Below, in pieces: positions 63,572-64,000 of a stretch of 64,000 nucleotides of DNA. Origin of the DNA: an uncultured Spartobacteria bacterium (GTDB taxonomy: Bacteria > Verrucomicrobiota > Verrucomicrobiia > Chthoniobacterales > UBA6821). How positions within the stretch are numbered: the stretch's first letter is position 1; every line of letters begins with the position of its first letter. Location of the stretch: assembly GCA_903868795.1 (NCBI GenBank), contig CAIPWR010000126.1, forward strand, positions 5,172 through 69,171. Reading direction: 5' to 3'. The notes beneath the pieces are model-generated. The model ran no database searches. It was given only the letters and a program-made list of their open reading frames with translations, and was not told the DNA's origin. The position numbers and the translations under genes were made by a program.

Positions 63572-64000
63572 ATGGACGAATTGATACTCACGACCGCGCG
63601 TGACGCGGCACTTGCCGCCGGTGGAATGATTCGCGGCCACTTCGAGAAGGAACTCAATGTGGACGCCGCCGAGGCGCATGATATCAAACTGGAGCTCGAC
63701 CGCCGTTCACAGGCCTTGATCGAGTCCCTTATATTGGGAGCCTTCCCAGACCATGCCATCTATGGGGAGGAAGGGATCCGCGGAGATCAGAGTGCGGCGG
63801 ATCAATGGATCATTGACCCCATCGACGGCACGGTGAACTTCTTCTATGGAATTCCACATTTTGCAGTCTCCATTGCACACCGTCGTAACGGCTCACTCAC
63901 CACCGGAGTGATCTATCAGCCGATGACCGACGAGCTTTGGGTGGCTTCGAGAGCCACTGGACAAGTCACGCTCAACGGACGCCCGATCCGAGTCAGTAAC
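63572..64000 (+). CDS. inositol monophosphatase family protein (SuhB-like), 3' end off window
   Basis: Hand translation MDELILTTARDAALAAGGMIRG...IYGEEG...WIIDPIDGTVNFFYGIPHFAVSIA (IMPase DPIDGT motif). Open to the window end. Confidence 0.8.
   Translation, partial: MDELILTTARDAALAAGGMIRGHFEKELNVDAAEAHDIKLELDRRSQALIESLILGAFPDHAIYGEEGIRGDQSAADQWIIDPIDGTVNFFYGIPHFAVSIAHRRNGSLTTGVIYQPMTDELWVASRATGQVTLNGRPIRVSN

Noticed and set aside
1-64000. CRISPR arrays, rRNA genes, prophage structural genes
   Set aside because: I scanned for regularly spaced direct repeats and for rRNA-like or phage-like genes and found none.

Overview
This is a 64-kb GC-rich bacterial chromosomal segment. Hand-counted 60-nt lines in core genes give about 58-70 % GC. 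I count roughly 58 protein genes and 2 tRNAs, with no rRNA, CRISPR array, integrase or transposase. A prepilin-type N-terminus (FTLIELLVVIAIIAVLMGLL), mostly Shine-Dalgarno-free leaders and a K/A-rich H1-like protein suggest a PVC-group (Verrucomicrobiota-like) organism; that is inference only. Most of the window is housekeeping: queC-queF, mpl, pta-like, mscL, rnr, bioB, two GT9 paralogs, purU, trxB, dprA, topB, fur-feoAB, nadE, nfo, secA, tadA, rpe, lpd, mnmG, glnD, yicC-gmk-coaC. The accessory patch lies at about 34.9-42.2 kb. It starts with a fic gene bracketed by a 147-nt direct duplication of the 3' end of an FMN-reductase gene, followed by a vapBC-type toxin-antitoxin pair. Next comes a tightly packed, clearly lower-GC four-gene operon at 37.2-42.1 kb: a divergent GHKL/MORC-like ATPase, two proteins I cannot assign, and a complete C5 cytosine DNA methyltransferase. 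I see no nuclease or helicase motif in that operon. I regard it as the best candidate for an undescribed methylation-linked defence system. Other points worth a second look are: a frameshifted spermidine-synthase-like gene; two sub-60-aa genes missing from the ORF track (a FeoB-associated Cys-rich peptide and an H1-like K/A/V/P protein); two about 145-bp intergenic modules sharing a 17-bp terminal inverted repeat; an AT-rich DnaA-box-like region next to mnmG; and a possible small RNA at 57.4 kb. All coordinates off the ORF track were derived by hand and could be off by a base or two.
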